Shown here: positions 61,619 to 64,000 of the stretch, one piece after another
Numbering within the stretch: position 1 is the stretch's first letter
How the letters are laid out: every line of letters starts with the position of its first letter
Source: Epiperipatus broadwayi
Taxonomy: Eukaryota > Animalia > Onychophora
NCBI GenBank assembly: GCA_028023455.1
Contig: JAQFVV010000005.1
Coordinates: 11,904,001-11,968,000 of the forward strand
Direction of reading: 5' to 3'
DNA length: 64,000 nt
The notes under the pieces: generated by a model
The model's database searches: none
Seen by the model: only the letters and a program-made list of their open reading frames with translations
Told to the model about the DNA's origin: nothing
Position numbers and translations under genes: made by a program

Positions 61619-62950
61619 TTATGAAAGCTGTATAAGAATCTCAATGGTCTCATTATCAGTGAAATGACTTGCTTCGTGATAATTCAAAACATTTTTAATA
61701 TCTTTGTAATCACACAAACAACATTTAAACACTTCATTATTTGTCAGACAATCTTCAGAATTTCTTCTTTTATGGAATTTTGAATTCAGTGACAATGGAT
61801 TCACATGAATATTATTTTTATGTTTTGCCAGATTATTTTCAAACATAGTTTTATAATTACACAAACGGCAATACAACATTTTTTCATTCAAATGGTTTGT
61901 TTTATGTCGTTGCAAAAGTACTTTTTGAACAGCTTTGAAATTACACAAATTGCAATGAAAAGGCTTTTCTCCCGTATGATATCTTTCATGTACATTTAAA
62001 CGACTTTTTACTACTGTTTTATAACTACAGAAACTACAGTGAAATGGTTTTTCATTTAAATGATTACTTTCATGTAATTTTAGTAGACTTTTTACAGCAG
62101 TCTTATAAGGACAGAAACTGCAGTGAAAAGGCTTTTCACCCGTATGACGTTTCTCATGTACTTTTAATCGAGATTTTACAGCAGTCTTGAAAGTACAGAA
62201 GCTACATTGAAAAGGTTTTTCACCTGTATGCATTTTTTCATGTCTTTTTATATAATGTTTAAAAGCAGCTTTATAAGTACAGAAACTACAGTGATAAGGC
62301 TTTTCACCGGTATGATGTCTTTCATGTAATTTTAAACGAATTTTTACAGCTGTCTTATAACTACACAAACTGCACTGAAAAGGTTTTTCCATCAAATGAC
62401 TTTTTTCATGCTTTTTTAAATATATTTTTCGAGTAGTCTTATAATCACATAAATTGCATTGGAAAGGTTTTTCTTCTGAGTGAGTAAATCCATGTAATTT
62501 TAAAGCTCTTTTTGAAGCAGTCTTATAAGTGCACAAAGGGCATTGGAAAGGCTTTTCTCCACTGTGATTGCTTTCATGAATTTTTAAAAGCTTTTTTTGA
62601 GCAGCTCTATAATCACACAAAAGGCAATAATAAGGCTTGTCTCTTGTATGAGTTATTTCATGTAATTTTAAAGATCTTTTCAATGCAGTTTTGTAACTGC
62701 AGAAATTGCACTGAAACGATTTTTCTCCAGTATGATTGGTTTCATGAAATCTCAAAAGTTCTTTTCTAGCAGCACTATAATCACACAAAGAGCATTGGAA
62801 TGGTTTTTTTTTCATATGAGTTATTTCATGTAATTTTAAATAAGTTTTTGCATGAGTTTTGTAATTGCACAGAGTGCAATGGAAAGGTTTTTCTCTGTCA
62901 TTTCTTTCATTTTTTATACATGACATTATAGATTGGTTACAATTATACAA
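61619..62950 (-). CDS. Tandem C2H2 zinc-finger protein, third more divergent paralog (443 aa ORF; 13 consecutive fingers + 1 C-terminal)
   Basis: Open finger array with GEKPF-type linkers; shares the C-terminal finger and tail. The ORF track starts at a TTG; the first ATG is at 62926; an in-frame upstream stop lies at 62993-62995. Confidence 0.93.
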   Translation of the reverse strand: MYNCNQSIMSCIKNERNDREKPFHCTLCNYKTHAKTYLKLHEITHMKKKPFQCSLCDYSAARKELLRFHETNHTGEKSFQCNFCSYKTALKRSLKLHEITHTRDKPYYCLLCDYRAAQKKLLKIHESNHSGEKPFQCPLCTYKTASKRALKLHGFTHSEEKPFQCNLCDYKTTRKIYLKKHEKSHLMEKPFQCSLCSYKTAVKIRLKLHERHHTGEKPYHCSFCTYKAAFKHYIKRHEKMHTGEKPFQCSFCTFKTAVKSRLKVHEKRHTGEKPFHCSFCPYKTAVKSLLKLHESNHLNEKPFHCSFCSYKTVVKSRLNVHERYHTGEKPFHCNLCNFKAVQKVLLQRHKTNHLNEKMLYCRLCNYKTMFENNLAKHKNNIHVNPLSLNSKFHKRRNSEDCLTNNEVFKCCLCDYKDIKNVLNYHEASHFTDNETIEILIQLS

Positions 62951-63802
62951 ACTACATTGACAAAGGTTTTTTACTGTACAATTGGTTTTAAATTATAATG
63001 AAAATATTTTAACTCATTTTTTAAGTAAATAAGAATACTGATATTCTCAACAAGATTCTCTATTAAATTATTATCAAATTTAATTTTGCATTTTAAAAGT
63101 ATTTGTCCAGCAGCTTTCCAATATCACAAATACATTAGAAAGATTTAAAATGCAGCAGACAATTCATACAAATTATTCTCATCTGTTCCTATCAAGACTG
63201 TTCTGTATTGAATATTTTATGGTAATTAAATCCATAAAAACAGGTCTGCATAACTGTACTTTTCCCATATAATTTTCTGCCAACCTAAACAAAAAAATAA
63301 AAAAGTATGCCATCAATATTAATATATATGTACATATATTTTAAATAGCTCACAAACTTTTTCACTTACCACAATAACTATCTAATTATAAGCATTGCCT
63401 TTAAATTGTTTTATATAATAAAGAATGTCCATGCAAATAGTTTAAAAGTATTATAATTTATTATACAATAAACTTCTAATGGCTCAGCTACATAATGATA
63501 TATGTGAAAAACTTTTTTGTTTGAGAAATATTTTTAAAACTAAATAAATTCATATAGACACATACTGCTGTTTCCTGAATATGTGTGATCTTATTTAAAA
63601 TTTCAGCTGTGTATGATTTAAAAAAATATTGATTAAAAAAAATTAAAAATCAATAAAAATACATTTTACTTTGTCTACATTTTATTTATTTTTAATTCAC
63701 AATACATATACATTATCTACATCAAACTACATATTTGTGTTCTAAATATTTGAAAACCAGGGACTCTTCACAAACCTGGAGTTTAATTGTAAATACAGGG
63801 GA

Positions 63803-64000
63803 TTAAAGTGTGAAGATTTGCTATCTTAATATAAACTGAGAACTGATTATATATATGTGTGGGAGATGATAGCCTGGTCCAACTGATGAGTGCTGGTTTA
63901 GCACGAAATATGAATATTGGTGATTATTTATCTTTTCTACATGTGTGTGGTCATGGGTATCAGTTGTATGAGATAGTGCAAATGGTTGAAGGGTGCTTGA
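63803..64000 (+). mobile_element. Family A copy, cut by the window end
   Basis: TTAAAGTGTGAAGATTTGCTATCTTAATATA... matches 2600-2790 and 31240-31420. Confidence 0.85.
63879..63920 (+). ncRNA. Minimal type I hammerhead ribozyme (family A), most canonical copy
   Basis: CCAA-CTGATGA-GTGCT(ggttt)AGCAC-GAAA-TATGA-ATA^TTGG: perfect 5-bp stem II closed by G10.1-C11.1, intact core. Confidence 0.85.

Noticed and set aside
1-64000. CRISPR arrays, rRNA genes, bona fide tRNA genes, prokaryotic operons, telomeric repeats
   Set aside because: None seen. The only regular periodicity is the 84-bp zinc-finger unit. Homopolymer C/G/A runs (e.g. 1-40, 1985-1996, 4579-4605) are unremarkable.

Overview
Very AT-rich, CpG-poor eukaryotic (animal-like) genomic DNA; the species cannot be determined from the sequence. 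Three paralogous tandem C2H2 zinc-finger ORFs (12198-13856 +, 36735-37892 +, 61619-62950 -) sit in a matrix of decayed retroelements (RTE-clade and L1/Tx1-like LINE remnants). The first two genes lie in a roughly 6 kb segmental duplication. The most striking signal is about 15 short non-coding insertions from at least 6 sequence families. Most are head-to-head inverted repeats (fold-backs) with a 26-61 nt unpaired tail on one side and 8-15 bp (often exactly 13 bp) target-site duplications. Four families carry a minimal type I hammerhead ribozyme with a palindromic stem III. An inverted fragment encoding a GIY-YIG endonuclease C-terminus (40290-41075) supports a Penelope-like-element (PLE)/retrozyme origin. 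Two insertions from different families share the same inverted + short + full-unit architecture, which suggests copying from tandem or circular RNA. The ZNF proteins share a conserved non-finger C-terminal tail and have unusual hydrophobic recognition-helix residues. All alignments and folds were done by eye; boundaries of old LINE remnants are approximate.
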